Positions 39,454 through 49,649 are shown, counted from the stretch's first letter. The stretch: DNA of 64,000 bases from an uncultured Nitrospiraceae bacterium (GCA_963705105.1 CAVPIW010000007.1:160001-224000); one strand, 5' to 3'. The notes: generated from the letters alone by a model not told the origin. Made by a program: numbers and translations.

Positions 39454-40506
39454 ATGAGGAAAAACATAAAGCTGCTCATCGCGGGCTTTGTATTTCTCGC
39501 ATCCGCATACGTGGTCGTTCAGCTCTTCGTTCCTCTCCACTTTGACGACCGCCCTGTCGAGGTCCTTATCCCCGAGGGGACCTCCTTCCGGCAGGCCCTC
39601 GACATCCTCATACAGACAGGGCTCATGAGGGACAAAAACGTATTCATCATCCTCGGAAGACTGACGGGAGCGGACAGGAAGATACGGGCCGGGTACTACT
39701 CCTTCCGTGAGAAGATGATGCCCATACAAGTTTACGATCTTCTGAAAAAGGGCAAGATCATCGAATATGACGTCACGATCGTCGAGGGGGACAGCCTGGC
39801 GGAAATCGGCGAAAAGCTCGCCTCCTTCGGCCTCGTTTCCGCCGAAGAATTCAACTCCCTGTCCCGGGACAGGGAATTTCTCCGGTCCCTCTTCGTGGAA
39901 GCGCCGAGCCTCGAGGGGTATCTCTTCCCCCAAACCTACCGCATCCCCAAGGGCGCATTACCTCAAACGATCATGAGGGTCATGGTCCAGAAGCTGAGAG
40001 AAGAGTATAACGAAAAGCTGAAGCAGAGGACGAAAACCATGGGTTGGACCGAACATGAGGCGCTCACCCTCGCCTCGATCATCGAGAAGGAAGCCGTCGT
40101 GGACACCGAGAGGACGATCATCTCCGCGGTCTACCATAACAGGATGAAGAAGGGGATGCCCCTGCAGGCCGATCCCACCGCCGTGTACGGCGTTAAGAGC
40201 TCGAAACAGAAGATCCTGAAGAAGGATCTCCTGAATAAGACGGACTACAACACCTACGTCATCGCGGGACTGCCGCCGGGCCCCATCGCCTCGCCCGGAT
40301 TGAAATCGATCGTGGCCGCCCTCTATCCTGCCAATGTCCCCTACTTCTATTTCGTCTCCAAAAGGGACGGCACCCATCACTTCTCGGAGACCCTGGAGGA
40401 GCATCTCGACGCGATCAGGAGAGTGAAGGCGCAAAAGGAACAGGCGCCGGAGCAGGACGACACCGTCAGCGAGTCGTCTGAGGAAGAACCGCAGAGAAAA
40501 TCATGA
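39454..40506 (+). CDS. mltG: Endolytic transglycosylase MltG
   Basis: LEGYLFPQTY, LASIIEKE, LQADPT, YNTY..GLPPGPIASPG. Confidence 0.96.
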   Translation: MRKNIKLLIAGFVFLASAYVVVQLFVPLHFDDRPVEVLIPEGTSFRQALDILIQTGLMRDKNVFIILGRLTGADRKIRAGYYSFREKMMPIQVYDLLKKGKIIEYDVTIVEGDSLAEIGEKLASFGLVSAEEFNSLSRDREFLRSLFVEAPSLEGYLFPQTYRIPKGALPQTIMRVMVQKLREEYNEKLKQRTKTMGWTEHEALTLASIIEKEAVVDTERTIISAVYHNRMKKGMPLQADPTAVYGVKSSKQKILKKDLLNKTDYNTYVIAGLPPGPIASPGLKSIVAALYPANVPYFYFVSKRDGTHHFSETLEEHLDAIRRVKAQKEQAPEQDDTVSESSEEEPQRKS

Positions 40507-41549
40507 GGCGGCAGACGCGGACGGTATATGTCGGACCGGTGGCCATCGGAGGCAAAAGCCCCATATCGGTCCAGTCGATGACGAAGACGGACACGCGCGA
40601 TGTGGACGCCACGGTCCGTCAGATCAACTCCCTCGCGTCATCGGGCTGCGAGATCGTCCGGCTGGCCGTGCCTGACCGCCAGGCAGCGGAAGCCCTCGGC
40701 GCAATCAGGAGGGCCGTCGCAATCCCCCTCATCGCCGACATCCACTTCGACTGGCAGTTGGCTCTCGAGGCGATCAGGCAGGGCGTCGACGGCCTGAGGA
40801 TCAACCCGGGAAATATCGGGGCGCTCCGGAAGGTGCGGGAGGTCGTCTCGTCCGCCCGGGAGCGGTCTGTCCCCATCCGTATCGGCGTCAACGCCGGCTC
40901 CCTCGAGAAGGACCTGCTCAGGAAATACGCCCATCCCACGGCGCAGGCCCTCGTCGAGAGCGCCGAAAGACACATCCGCATCCTGGAAGACATGAACTTT
41001 GCAGCCATCAAGGTCTCCCTGAAGGCCTCGGGCGTGATGAAGACCGTGGAGGCCTACCGGCTCTTCTCGGAGCGGTATGATTATCCCCTTCATGTGGGTA
41101 TTTCCGAGGCGGGGCCCCCTTTCACGGGGACGATCAAGAGCTCCGTCGGCCTCGGCATACTCCTCTCCGAGGGCATCGGCGACACCGTCCGGGTGTCCCT
41201 CACCGCCTCCCCCGAAGAGGAGGTGCGGGTCGCGTACGAAATACTCAAATCCCTCGGTCTGAGGCAGAGGGGCCCCGACATCATCTCCTGCCCCACCTGC
41301 GGGAGGTGTCAGATCGATCTGCGGCCCCTGGCCGAGCAGGTCGAGGAAGCGCTGAGGTCGATCACGAGGCCTGTCACCGTCGCGGTCATGGGATGCAGAG
41401 TCAACGGCCCCGGTGAAGCGCGGGAGGCCGATTACGGCGTCGCCGGAGGCAGTGGCAAGGCCGTTCTCTTCAAAAAGGGGAAGACCGTCCGCACCGTCAA
41501 AGAGTCGGACCTGCTCCCCGCCCTGCTCGACCTCATAAATGAGCCCTGA
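40503..41549 (+). CDS. ispG: HMBPP synthase IspG
   Basis: VQSMTKT, ADIHF, RINPGN, SCPTCGR, MGC.VNGPGE. Confidence 0.97.
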   Translation: MRRQTRTVYVGPVAIGGKSPISVQSMTKTDTRDVDATVRQINSLASSGCEIVRLAVPDRQAAEALGAIRRAVAIPLIADIHFDWQLALEAIRQGVDGLRINPGNIGALRKVREVVSSARERSVPIRIGVNAGSLEKDLLRKYAHPTAQALVESAERHIRILEDMNFAAIKVSLKASGVMKTVEAYRLFSERYDYPLHVGISEAGPPFTGTIKSSVGLGILLSEGIGDTVRVSLTASPEEEVRVAYEILKSLGLRQRGPDIISCPTCGRCQIDLRPLAEQVEEALRSITRPVTVAVMGCRVNGPGEAREADYGVAGGSGKAVLFKKGKTVRTVKESDLLPALLDLINEP

Positions 41550-41654
41550 CGATACCACTGCCGGCACCCGGAACCGGACCAAAAAACACGCGAAAAACAA
41601 ATTCGCATTGGACTATTAGCATGGCAACCAGACAGATGAACCATCATACGCATT

Positions 41655-41805
41655 GTCATTCCGGCTTGTCCGGAATCCTTCTCATTTTCAGAAGGATTAC
41701 CGACGCCCCCGCATCAAGTGCGCGGTTGCGGCAATGACGGCGTTGCAAGCACTCAAATACCGGGTTAATAATAATACTGGATTCCCGCCTGCGCGGGAAT
41801 GACGG
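41655..41805. repeat. REP/dRS3-like palindrome cluster
   Basis: GTCATTCCGGCTTGTCCGGAATC ... GGCAATGAC ... GATTCCCGCCTGCGCGGGAATGAC. Confidence 0.7.
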
Positions 41806-41898
41806 ACTATTGCTGTGCCGGGCTTTCTTCGAGGTTGTCAACGTGCAGAATAAAATCGTCGCGTCTCTTATTGAAGTTTCCCGGGCCGATACAACACA

Positions 41899-42633
41899 GT
41901 GAATGACGTAACACTCGACAGCATCCGCGACGTCAGGATCTATCAGAGAAAGGACGGCTACCGTTTTTCCGTCGACGCGCTTCTCCTCCACTCCTTTATC
42001 ACCCTGCCGAGGGCCCGCCGTATCGCCGATATCGGCGCAGGTTCGGGCATTATCGGCATCCTCCTGGCCCGCCGGTATCCTGCCGCATCGGTCGCCCTGA
42101 TCGAAATCCAGGATGGCCTTGCAGACCTTGCAGCGCGGAATGTGAGGCTCAACGCGCTGGAAGAGAGGGTATCCGTCGTCGTCATGGACGCGGGCACGCT
42201 CCTTCGCGATCAATCCCCATGCAGCGATTTGCAGCGGGGCGGCTTCGACGTCGTCGTCTGCAATCCTCCCTTCAGAAAACCGGACACGGGACTCCTCAGC
42301 AGGGGCGACGAAAGGGCGATCGCACGGCATGAGCTGAGACTCCCCCTGCCAAGCCTCTTCGGGGCTGCCGCCGCACTCCTGCGGCATCACGGGAGGTTCT
42401 TCATGATCCACCTGCCCGAGCGCCTTGCCGAGATCACGTCGGCCGTGAAAGCCCATAATCTCGAACCGAAAAGAATGCGCTTCGTCCACTCCCATCAGAA
42501 ATCAGAGGCAAAAATGGTCCTGATCGAACTGGTCAGGGGAGGCAGGAGCGGGCTGAAAGTCGAGCCTCCCCTGTTCATTTATGAAGAGGGGATCACGTAT
42601 AGCGACGAGATGCGGGAGATCTGCGGGGAATAA
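41899..42633 (+). CDS. tRNA1(Val) A37 N6-methyltransferase-like protein
   Basis: GYRFSVDALLL, DIGAGSG, CNPPF, IARHE. Confidence 0.9.
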   Translation: MNDVTLDSIRDVRIYQRKDGYRFSVDALLLHSFITLPRARRIADIGAGSGIIGILLARRYPAASVALIEIQDGLADLAARNVRLNALEERVSVVVMDAGTLLRDQSPCSDLQRGGFDVVVCNPPFRKPDTGLLSRGDERAIARHELRLPLPSLFGAAAALLRHHGRFFMIHLPERLAEITSAVKAHNLEPKRMRFVHSHQKSEAKMVLIELVRGGRSGLKVEPPLFIYEEGITYSDEMREICGE

Positions 42634-42829
42634 ACCTTATCGATCACCAGACCACCCTTTGCCGTGTCTATCGATGACAAAAGTCCGCCAGGGAACAGGC
42701 GCTGAACACCCGGAGAAGTCTCATCATCGCATTGGAAAGGCTTTGAGCCATATCTGCTTTCCCGGAGGCAGCGTCGCCTTCAGCAAGGCCTTGAGGCGCC
42801 TCGCCCCGCCTTTTCAGCAACTGAAAGGT
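42634..42829 (+). repeat. Fold-back repeat element, short type 1 form
   Basis: Begins at the internal ACCTTATCG and ends CGCCCCGCCTTTTCAGCAACTGAAAGGT. Confidence 0.9.
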
Positions 42830-42912
42830 AAAGAGAAAAAGCAATGAGACTAAAAAGGGGAGGATGAATGACTCACCCTCCCCTTCGAACGGTCGGAAAG
42901 ATCTGTGTTGCC

Positions 42913-43293
42913 TTAGATCTTCTTCATCTCCACGCCGCAGGTGCATTTGCCGGGGTTCTGGCCGATGGTGTCGCACTTGCACTCGGGGGGACAGGCGCAG
43001 GCATACTTGCCGTTGGTCTTGAAGGCCCTTGCCTTCTCCCAGCCTTCGGCCTTCATGGTCGCCGTGCCTGCCTCGGCCTTGACGACCTTCGCCTTCACCA
43101 TTTCCTTGCCGCAGGTGCATTTGCCGGGGTTCTTTGAAAGACTGTCGCAGGGGCACTTCTCACCGCAATTGCAGGCATAAATCTCATCGCCCGCCTTCAG
43201 GTCCATCTTGCCCCTCGAACCGGCAAACGAGAACGCCACCATCGCCATCGTCAGCACAACGGCGATAACCACCAAAAAAGTCTTCTTCGCCAT
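42913..43293 (-). CDS. Secreted protein with two Cys-rich heavy-metal-binding-like repeats
   Basis: YACxC..C.C...NPGKCTCGxEM twice. Confidence 0.85.
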   Translation of the reverse strand: MAKKTFLVVIAVVLTMAMVAFSFAGSRGKMDLKAGDEIYACNCGEKCPCDSLSKNPGKCTCGKEMVKAKVVKAEAGTATMKAEGWEKARAFKTNGKYACACPPECKCDTIGQNPGKCTCGVEMKKI

Positions 43294-43433
43294 ACATTAC
43301 CTCCCTGATTTATTTACGACATGTTTATTATAATGAACAGGTTATTCCCCTGTCAAACGGGCCTTGCACAGGGGGAGAGGGAGTCAATAAGGGTGCTTGA
43401 CGGGTTGACTTTCGTCCATCCATCAAGTAAGTT

Positions 43434-43801
43434 ACCCTTATCGTGTGCAACACACGCCCGGGAAAGGCGGGGCGTATGCGCCACATAACACTAATTAGTA
43501 GACAGAATACAGTAGACAATAGACGGAAAGCGAAGACAGGAACCAGATGACAAATACATCGACGGGATGGCTGGTGTGGTGAAAAGCCTTTCCTCTAAGA
43601 TACCTTATTCATCCCCAGACCACCCTTTGCCGTGTCTGTCGATACCAAAAGCCCGTCAGGCAACAGGCGCTGAACACCTGGAGATGTCTCATCATCGCAT
43701 TGGAAAGGCTTTGAACCATATCTGCCTTCCCGGAGGAAGTATCGTCGCCTTCAGCAAGGCTTTGAGGCGCTTCGCCCCGCCTTTTCATGCAACGACAGGG
43801 G
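43434..43801 (+). repeat. Fold-back repeat element, full-length type 1
   Basis: ACCCTTATCGTGTGCAA..GGAAAGGCGGGGCGTATGCGCC ... GGCGCTTCGCCCCGCCTTTTCATGCAACGACAGGG. Confidence 0.92.
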
Positions 43802-43810
43802 CACTTTAAT

Positions 43811-44797
43811 ATGTTGACCTATATTGCGAAACGCCTCCTCCTCATGATTCCCCTCATCTTCGGGATCACCCTGATCACCTTCGTCGTCATTCACCTCGCT
43901 CCGGGCGGGCCTGTCGAAGTCGAGACGGAGATGTCCCTCAAGGCGTCGGCCCAGGCGAGGGAAAACCTGAAGAAGCTCTACGGCCTCGACAAGCCTGTCC
44001 ACGAGCAGTACATCGACTGGATTTCCCGCTTCGTCCGCCTCGATTTCGGCGTCTCCTTCGTAGACGGGAAGGCCGTCGTCGCGAAGATCAGGGAACGGAT
44101 ACCCGTCACCCTGACGATCAACCTGCTGTCTCTCCTTCTCATCATGATCATCGCCATCCCCATCGGCGTCATCTCGTCGATCAGGCAATATTCCCTCTTC
44201 GACAAGATAACGACGGTCTTCGTCTTCGTCGGCTTTTCCACGCCCACGTTCTGGCTTGCCCTCCTGCTCATGATCGTCTTCGGCGTCACTCTCGGACTGC
44301 TTCCCATATCAGGCATCCAGAGCATCGACGTCTCGGGCATGACCTTCCCGCAGAGACTGGCCGACTGGGCGGCGCACCTCGTTTTGCCCCTCGGGCTGAG
44401 CGCCTTCGGGGGCATCGCCGGGCTCAGCAGGTACTGCCGGTCGAGCATGCTCGAGGTCATCCGCCAGGACTATATCAGGACGGCCCGTGCCAAGGGCCTT
44501 GCGGAAACGACGGTCGTCATCCGCCATGCCCTGAGAAATGCCCTGATGCCCGTCGTGACCATCCTCGGCCTTGCCGTGCCGGGACTCATCGGCGGCAGCG
44601 TCATCTTCGAAACCATTTTCGCCATTCCCGGCATGGGCCAGCTCTTCTACGCATCGGCCATGTCGAGGGACTACCCGACGATCATGGGCATACTCGTCAT
44701 CGGCGCTGTTCTTACCCTGATCGGCAACCTCATCGCCGATGTATCGTACGCACTGGTCGATCCGAGGATACGCCGCGAGGCCCCCGGAAAAGAGTAG
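43811..44797 (+). CDS. Peptide/nickel ABC transporter permease (DppB/OppB family)
   Basis: [25 protein letters not shown]. Confidence 0.95.
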   Translation: MLTYIAKRLLLMIPLIFGITLITFVVIHLAPGGPVEVETEMSLKASAQARENLKKLYGLDKPVHEQYIDWISRFVRLDFGVSFVDGKAVVAKIRERIPVTLTINLLSLLLIMIIAIPIGVISSIRQYSLFDKITTVFVFVGFSTPTFWLALLLMIVFGVTLGLLPISGIQSIDVSGMTFPQRLADWAAHLVLPLGLSAFGGIAGLSRYCRSSMLEVIRQDYIRTARAKGLAETTVVIRHALRNALMPVVTILGLAVPGLIGGSVIFETIFAIPGMGQLFYASAMSRDYPTIMGILVIGAVLTLIGNLIADVSYALVDPRIRREAPGKE

Positions 44798-44815
44798 ACA
44801 CCCGACCGATGGTAT

Positions 44816-45069
44816 CAAAAATAATGTGCCACGAGGATAGGGTATGATTTTTTCAAGATCTCGCTGCAACGTCGACCTTATCATTGCATACGCCCGACCT
44901 GAAGGCGGGGTGCATGCGCCGAAAACCTTCGGTACTGCGAAACCTCTGCCTTCCCGTACAGACCATTTCAGGCTGACGATCGAACAAATTAACCTTTTAC
45001 GGACACTCACACTGACACTACACTTTTTTTCAGAGCGCTTCGCTCCGCCTTTTCACACGCAAGAATAAC
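44816..45069 (+). repeat. Motif B plus fold-back element type 3 (44875-45069)
   Basis: Colinear with 13611-13856. Confidence 0.85.
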
Positions 45070-45083
45070 AACCAGGAGGTATC

Positions 45084-45338
45084 ATGAAAAATAACAGGTC
45101 GCTTGTGACAATGCTCGTCGGGGCTCTTCTTATCGCCCTGCTGCTCTGTGGCTGTTCGGGGAACAAGGCCGCCGAGCTCTTCGAGACGGCGAAATTCGAG
45201 GAGCTGCAGAACAACAGGCAGCACGCGATCGAGCTCTATGAGGAGATCGTCAAGAAGTATCCCGAGAGCGACCAGGCGAAAAAAGCCAAAGAGCGGCTCA
45301 CCCAGCTCAAGGGAGACAAGCAGGGCGCAACGCCTTAG
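45084..45338 (+). CDS. Small TPR-like lipoprotein
   Basis: AGGAGG RBS, LCGC lipobox, YEEIVKKYPES. Confidence 0.85.
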   Translation: MKNNRSLVTMLVGALLIALLLCGCSGNKAAELFETAKFEELQNNRQHAIELYEEIVKKYPESDQAKKAKERLTQLKGDKQGATP

Positions 45339-45362
45339 GACTCGGGGGGAGGTCGGCGACAA

Positions 45363-46205
45363 ATGCTGCGCATCATCTGGACACGATTCAGGAGGAACCG
45401 CCTCTCCGTCACGGGGCTCGTCGTCATCGTCCTTCTCGCCTGCATCGCCGTGCTCGCTCCCCTCATCGCCCCCTTCACGCCCACGGAGATCGACGTCTAC
45501 AATGCCCTTTCACCGCCGAACTTCTCCCATCCCTTCGGGACGGACGAGCTGGGCAGGGACGTGCTCTCGCGCATGATCTGGGGAAGCAGGGTTTCCCTCA
45601 GGGTGGGGTTCTTCGCCGTGGGCATCGCCATTCTGACGGGAACATTCGTGGGGTCTCTCGCAGGTTTTTACGGCGGCAGGATCGACGCCCTTCTTATGAG
45701 GTTCGTCGACATCATGCTCGCCTTCCCCACGTTCTTCCTTATCCTTGCCGTCATCGCCATCCTCGAACCGAGCATATCGACGATCATGATCGTCATCGGC
45801 CTGACGGGATGGATGGATGTGGCGCGCCTTGTGAGGGCCGAGTTCCTGACCCTCAAGGAACGGGACTTCGTGGCGGCGGCCCGCGCCGTCGGCGCGACGG
45901 ACAGCCGGATCATCGTGCGGCACATCATGCCCAATGCCCTCTCGCCCGTCTTCGTCGCCGCCACCTTCGGCGTTGCAGGGGCCATCCTGACCGAGTCGGG
46001 CCTCTCCTTTCTCGGCCTCGGCGTCCAGCCGCCCGACCCGAGCTGGGGGAACATCCTGACCTCGGGCAAGGACAACATCATCGTCGCCTGGTGGCTCTCC
46101 CTCTTTCCGGGACTTGCGATCCTCGTGACGGTCCTGAGCTACAACCTCGTCGGCGAGGGGCTGCGGGACGCCCTCGACCCGAGGCTCTGGACGAGCGACT
46201 CCTGA
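45363..46205 (+). CDS. Peptide/nickel ABC transporter permease (DppC/OppC family)
   Basis: HPFGTDELGRD, LSFLGLGVQPP, GEGLRDALDP. Confidence 0.95.
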   Translation: MLRIIWTRFRRNRLSVTGLVVIVLLACIAVLAPLIAPFTPTEIDVYNALSPPNFSHPFGTDELGRDVLSRMIWGSRVSLRVGFFAVGIAILTGTFVGSLAGFYGGRIDALLMRFVDIMLAFPTFFLILAVIAILEPSISTIMIVIGLTGWMDVARLVRAEFLTLKERDFVAAARAVGATDSRIIVRHIMPNALSPVFVAATFGVAGAILTESGLSFLGLGVQPPDPSWGNILTSGKDNIIVAWWLSLFPGLAILVTVLSYNLVGEGLRDALDPRLWTSDS

Positions 46206-46210
46206 CGGTC

Positions 46211-49141
46211 ATGACGGGACTGAACGGGAACGACCAGGGGCATTGCGATGTCTCGCCCTTCAGAGAGCATATCGAGCGCTGCCCCGACCCTGAGAGGGCT
46301 CTGAAAAATATCGAGACCTTCCTCATGACCCACCCGGGCCTGAGGGGACAGTTCGCGGCCCATGCAGGGCAGATCGCCCTGCTCTTCAGCGTGAGTCAGT
46401 TCCTTGCGACCTTCAGCACCAGGAATCCCGAGGTTCTCTTCACGGCCCTGCGAAACCTGAACAGGGTGCAGGGACGCGAGGACTTCCGGGACGAACTGAG
46501 GACATCCCTGGCTTTCTGCAACTCTCTCAGGGACGGCGTCAAGACCGTCCGTCTCTTCAAGAAAAAACACCTCCTCGTCATAACGCTGCGGGACATCCTG
46601 AAAAAGGGGGACCCCCAGGAAACGATGCTCGAACTGTCGGACCTCGCCGATGCCGTCATCGCCGAGTCCCTTCCCTTTGTCGAATCCTTCCTGAGGCAGC
46701 GGTTCGGCACGCCGGTGAACAACGGCGTCGTCATCATCGGTCTCGGAAAGCTGGGCGCGAGGGAGATCAACTACAGCTCGGACATCGACATCATCGTCGT
46801 TTACAGGGACGAGGGAGAAACATCGGGGGTCACGACACCCCAGGGCGCGTCGATGAACAGGATTTCGGCTTTTGAGTATTACGTCAAGGTAACGGAGGAG
46901 CTGAACCGTTTCCTCTCGTCGAATACGGAGGATGGTTTCGCGTACCGCGTGGACCTCCGTCTCAGGCCGCAGGGCCAGAGGGGAAGCCTCGCCATATCCC
47001 TGAGGGGATGCGAGGAGTATTACGAATCGTGGGGGCAGCTCTGGGAGCGGGCGGCGCTGATCAGAAGCCGGCCCGTCGCGGGCGATATACCGCTGGGACG
47101 GGAGTTTCTCGAATCGGTGAGGCCCTTCGTCTACCGAAAGTACCTCGACTTCGACGCCATCGAGGAGATCCGCAGAATGAAAGGTCAGGTCGAAAACCTG
47201 AAACCCGGCACCGTCAGCCTTGACATCAAGAGGGGCTACGGCGGCATCCGCGAGATCGAATTCTTCATCCAGGTGTTTCAGCTGATCTATGGCGGGCGGG
47301 TGCCGCTCCTCAGGGAACGGAGCACCCTCATGGCGCTCCACCGGCTCATGGAAAAGCGGCTGATCGGGCATGACGACTTTCAGCAGATCTTGGTCAATTA
47401 TGTCTACCTCCGCACTCTGGAGCATCGCCTCCAGCAGTTGAACGACGTGCAGACCCATACCCTCCCCACGCAGGCGGCGGACCTGGACATCCTTGGCCGC
47501 AAGATGGGGTTTCCGGGCAGGGAGGAATTTCTGTCAGACCTCGACCGGAGGAGAGGAAAGGTACGGGAGATCTACGACTCGCTGCTCGAGGTCGGCCAGG
47601 GGAAAAAGGCTGCCGGAGAGGGCAAACCCGATGCGGGGACCATCCTGAGCAGTGTCTTCTGGGACATGGAAATGCCGATCGAGCATCTCCTGAAGGAGGA
47701 GCTCTCCAAAGCCGGCGCCAGGGACATCGCCCGGTCGACGCGCTGCCTCATGAAAATCAAGGCGAACATGACGTCCTTTCAGACCATCAGGGGAAGGAGG
47801 CTCCTCGAAAACATCGTCCCGAGATTCGTCGACGATGCGCTGCGCGGGGCCGATCCCGACCTCGCTCTCCTGCAGCTCGTCGACTTCACGTCGATCCTCT
47901 CTTCGAAGGAAGCCTATCTGGAAGCCATCTTCGACAGGGACCAGCTGATTCCCATCCTGAACTTCGTCTTTTCCAACAGCGAGTACCTGTCGAAGATGCT
48001 CATGAGCAGTCCCGAGTACATCGAATCTCTCGTCGAGGGGATCGTCAGGAAGAAGACGGCCCGGGCGATGGCAGGAGAAGCGCAGGTCCTTATCGACCGC
48101 TACGGGGACTCGAAGGCGATCCGCTTTTACCGGAGGATGGAAGAGATGCGGCTGGGCATGCTCTTTCTGGACAGGAAAATCTCCGTCCGGGAGCTTCTCA
48201 GGGCGCTGAGCATGCTCGCCGAGGTGATCCTCGGCGCCCTGCTGTCCGGAGAGGGCCTGCTGAAGTCACCGTCCCCTCCTGCCGCCCTGACAGTCATCGG
48301 CTTCGGGAAACTGGGCGGCCGTGAGATCACCTTCAATTCCGACCTCGACATCACCTTTGTCACCGCCGGCTCTCCGGCGGCATCGGACGTGAAGACAGCG
48401 GAGACCCTCCTCAAGATGCTCATGTCCTATACGAAAGACGGCATCGCCTACCAGGTCGACACCCGGTTGAGACCCGAGGGCAGCAAGGGGCCGCTCGTCA
48501 ATTCCCTTGCCGGAGTTTCGGAGTATTACCTGAAATCGGCCAAGGGCTGGGAAATCCAGGCTCTGCTGAAGGCCCGGACCGTTTTCGGCTCCATGAGCAT
48601 GAGGCGGCTCTTCTCGGAGATGCGGACCGATGTCCTCCTCAGCCGCTCCGCGGAGATCACCTTTGCCGAAATGCAGCACATGCGCGAACGGATCCAGCGG
48701 GAGCTTTCGCGGGAGAGACCGGGACAACAGGGATCGGGGAGTCCGGCAGGAATGCAGGAATCACAGCAGGGAGGCAGTTACGACATCAAGCTCGGTCCCG
48801 GAGGGCTCGGAGAGCTCGAATTCTCGGTCCAGTTCCTGCAGCTGAAGCACTGCCGCGAGCACGCGGACGTGCTCGCCCAGGGCACAATCGACGCTGTCCG
48901 CCGTCTGCACAGGGCGGGCGTTCTCGACGACGGGACGATGCGTGAAATTTCAGAGGTCTATGCATTTTACAGGACGATCGAAACCATCCTGAGACTGCGC
49001 AACGAGACACATCTTAAAGTGGAGAGCAGCGCTTTTCAGAGTCTCCTTCACATCACCGGAATGGATGCCGATCATTTCCTCCGGTACCTCAACGAAAAGA
49101 GACGGTGGACCGGCGACTTCTGGAATTCCCTGTCAGGCTGA
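46211..49141 (+). CDS. glnE: Glutamine synthetase adenylyltransferase
   Basis: Two GKLG.RE..SD.D domains, VDLRLRP, WERAAL, GGIREIEF. Confidence 0.95.
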   Translation: MTGLNGNDQGHCDVSPFREHIERCPDPERALKNIETFLMTHPGLRGQFAAHAGQIALLFSVSQFLATFSTRNPEVLFTALRNLNRVQGREDFRDELRTSLAFCNSLRDGVKTVRLFKKKHLLVITLRDILKKGDPQETMLELSDLADAVIAESLPFVESFLRQRFGTPVNNGVVIIGLGKLGAREINYSSDIDIIVVYRDEGETSGVTTPQGASMNRISAFEYYVKVTEELNRFLSSNTEDGFAYRVDLRLRPQGQRGSLAISLRGCEEYYESWGQLWERAALIRSRPVAGDIPLGREFLESVRPFVYRKYLDFDAIEEIRRMKGQVENLKPGTVSLDIKRGYGGIREIEFFIQVFQLIYGGRVPLLRERSTLMALHRLMEKRLIGHDDFQQILVNYVYLRTLEHRLQQLNDVQTHTLPTQAADLDILGRKMGFPGREEFLSDLDRRRGKVREIYDSLLEVGQGKKAAGEGKPDAGTILSSVFWDMEMPIEHLLKEELSKAGARDIARSTRCLMKIKANMTSFQTIRGRRLLENIVPRFVDDALRGADPDLALLQLVDFTSILSSKEAYLEAIFDRDQLIPILNFVFSNSEYLSKMLMSSPEYIESLVEGIVRKKTARAMAGEAQVLIDRYGDSKAIRFYRRMEEMRLGMLFLDRKISVRELLRALSMLAEVILGALLSGEGLLKSPSPPAALTVIGFGKLGGREITFNSDLDITFVTAGSPAASDVKTAETLLKMLMSYTKDGIAYQVDTRLRPEGSKGPLVNSLAGVSEYYLKSAKGWEIQALLKARTVFGSMSMRRLFSEMRTDVLLSRSAEITFAEMQHMRERIQRELSRERPGQQGSGSPAGMQESQQGGSYDIKLGPGGLGELEFSVQFLQLKHCREHADVLAQGTIDAVRRLHRAGVLDDGTMREISEVYAFYRTIETILRLRNETHLKVESSAFQSLLHITGMDADHFLRYLNEKRRWTGDFWNSLSG

Positions 49142-49159
49142 CCTATTTTGATAACCAGT

Positions 49160-49398
49160 GCGTGCACCTTCCGGAAGGCGGGCCGACGCGTCTCAAATCC
49201 TTGCTGATATCGACGCTGTCTTCGGGAAGGCAGATATGGTTCAAAGCCTTTCCAATGCGATGATGAGACATCTCCAGGTGTTCAGCGCCAGTTGCCTGAC
49301 GGGCACTTGGCATTGATAGACACGGCAAAGTGTGGTCTGGTGATAAACAAGGTATCTTAGAGGAAAGGCTTTTCACCACATCAGCCTTCCCGGTCGGC
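49160..49398 (-). repeat. Fold-back repeat element type 1 (left end missing)
   Basis: Reverse complement matches 43560-43790. Confidence 0.9.
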
Positions 49399-49436
49399 TG
49401 TTCGGGGCCTTCTTCCGACTACTGACGACTGTCTCT

Positions 49437-49649
49437 ACCTTATCGTTGCAATACACTCCCGGAAAGGCGGGGTGTATGTGCCGAAAACCTTGCTGCGGCG
49501 ACACCTGCATCAAGACGAAAGACAAACTATACGCAAATGGTCGATGACACAAAGAGTGGAATCCTGAAACACGAAGATGACAATGATCATCGTCGCCTTC
49601 AGCAAGGCTTTGAGGCTCTTCGCCCCGCCTTTTCATGCAACTGTAGGGT
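49437..49649 (+). repeat. Fold-back repeat element, core type 2
   Basis: ACCTTATCGTTGCAA..GGAAAGGCGGGG..CCTTGCTGCGGCGAC ... GTCGCCTTCAGCAAGG..CGCCCCGCCTTTTCATGCAACTGTAGGGT. Confidence 0.9.

Noticed and set aside
43567..43809. Recurrent small ORFs (VVKSLSSKIPY..MSHHRIGKAL) at 43567, 49143, 51786 and 62769
   Set aside because: These are translations of the repeat element; starts, stops and frames differ between copies
45809..46210. N-terminal extension of glnE in the ORF track
   Set aside because: Overlaps dppC in another frame; the ATG at 46211 follows the dppC stop
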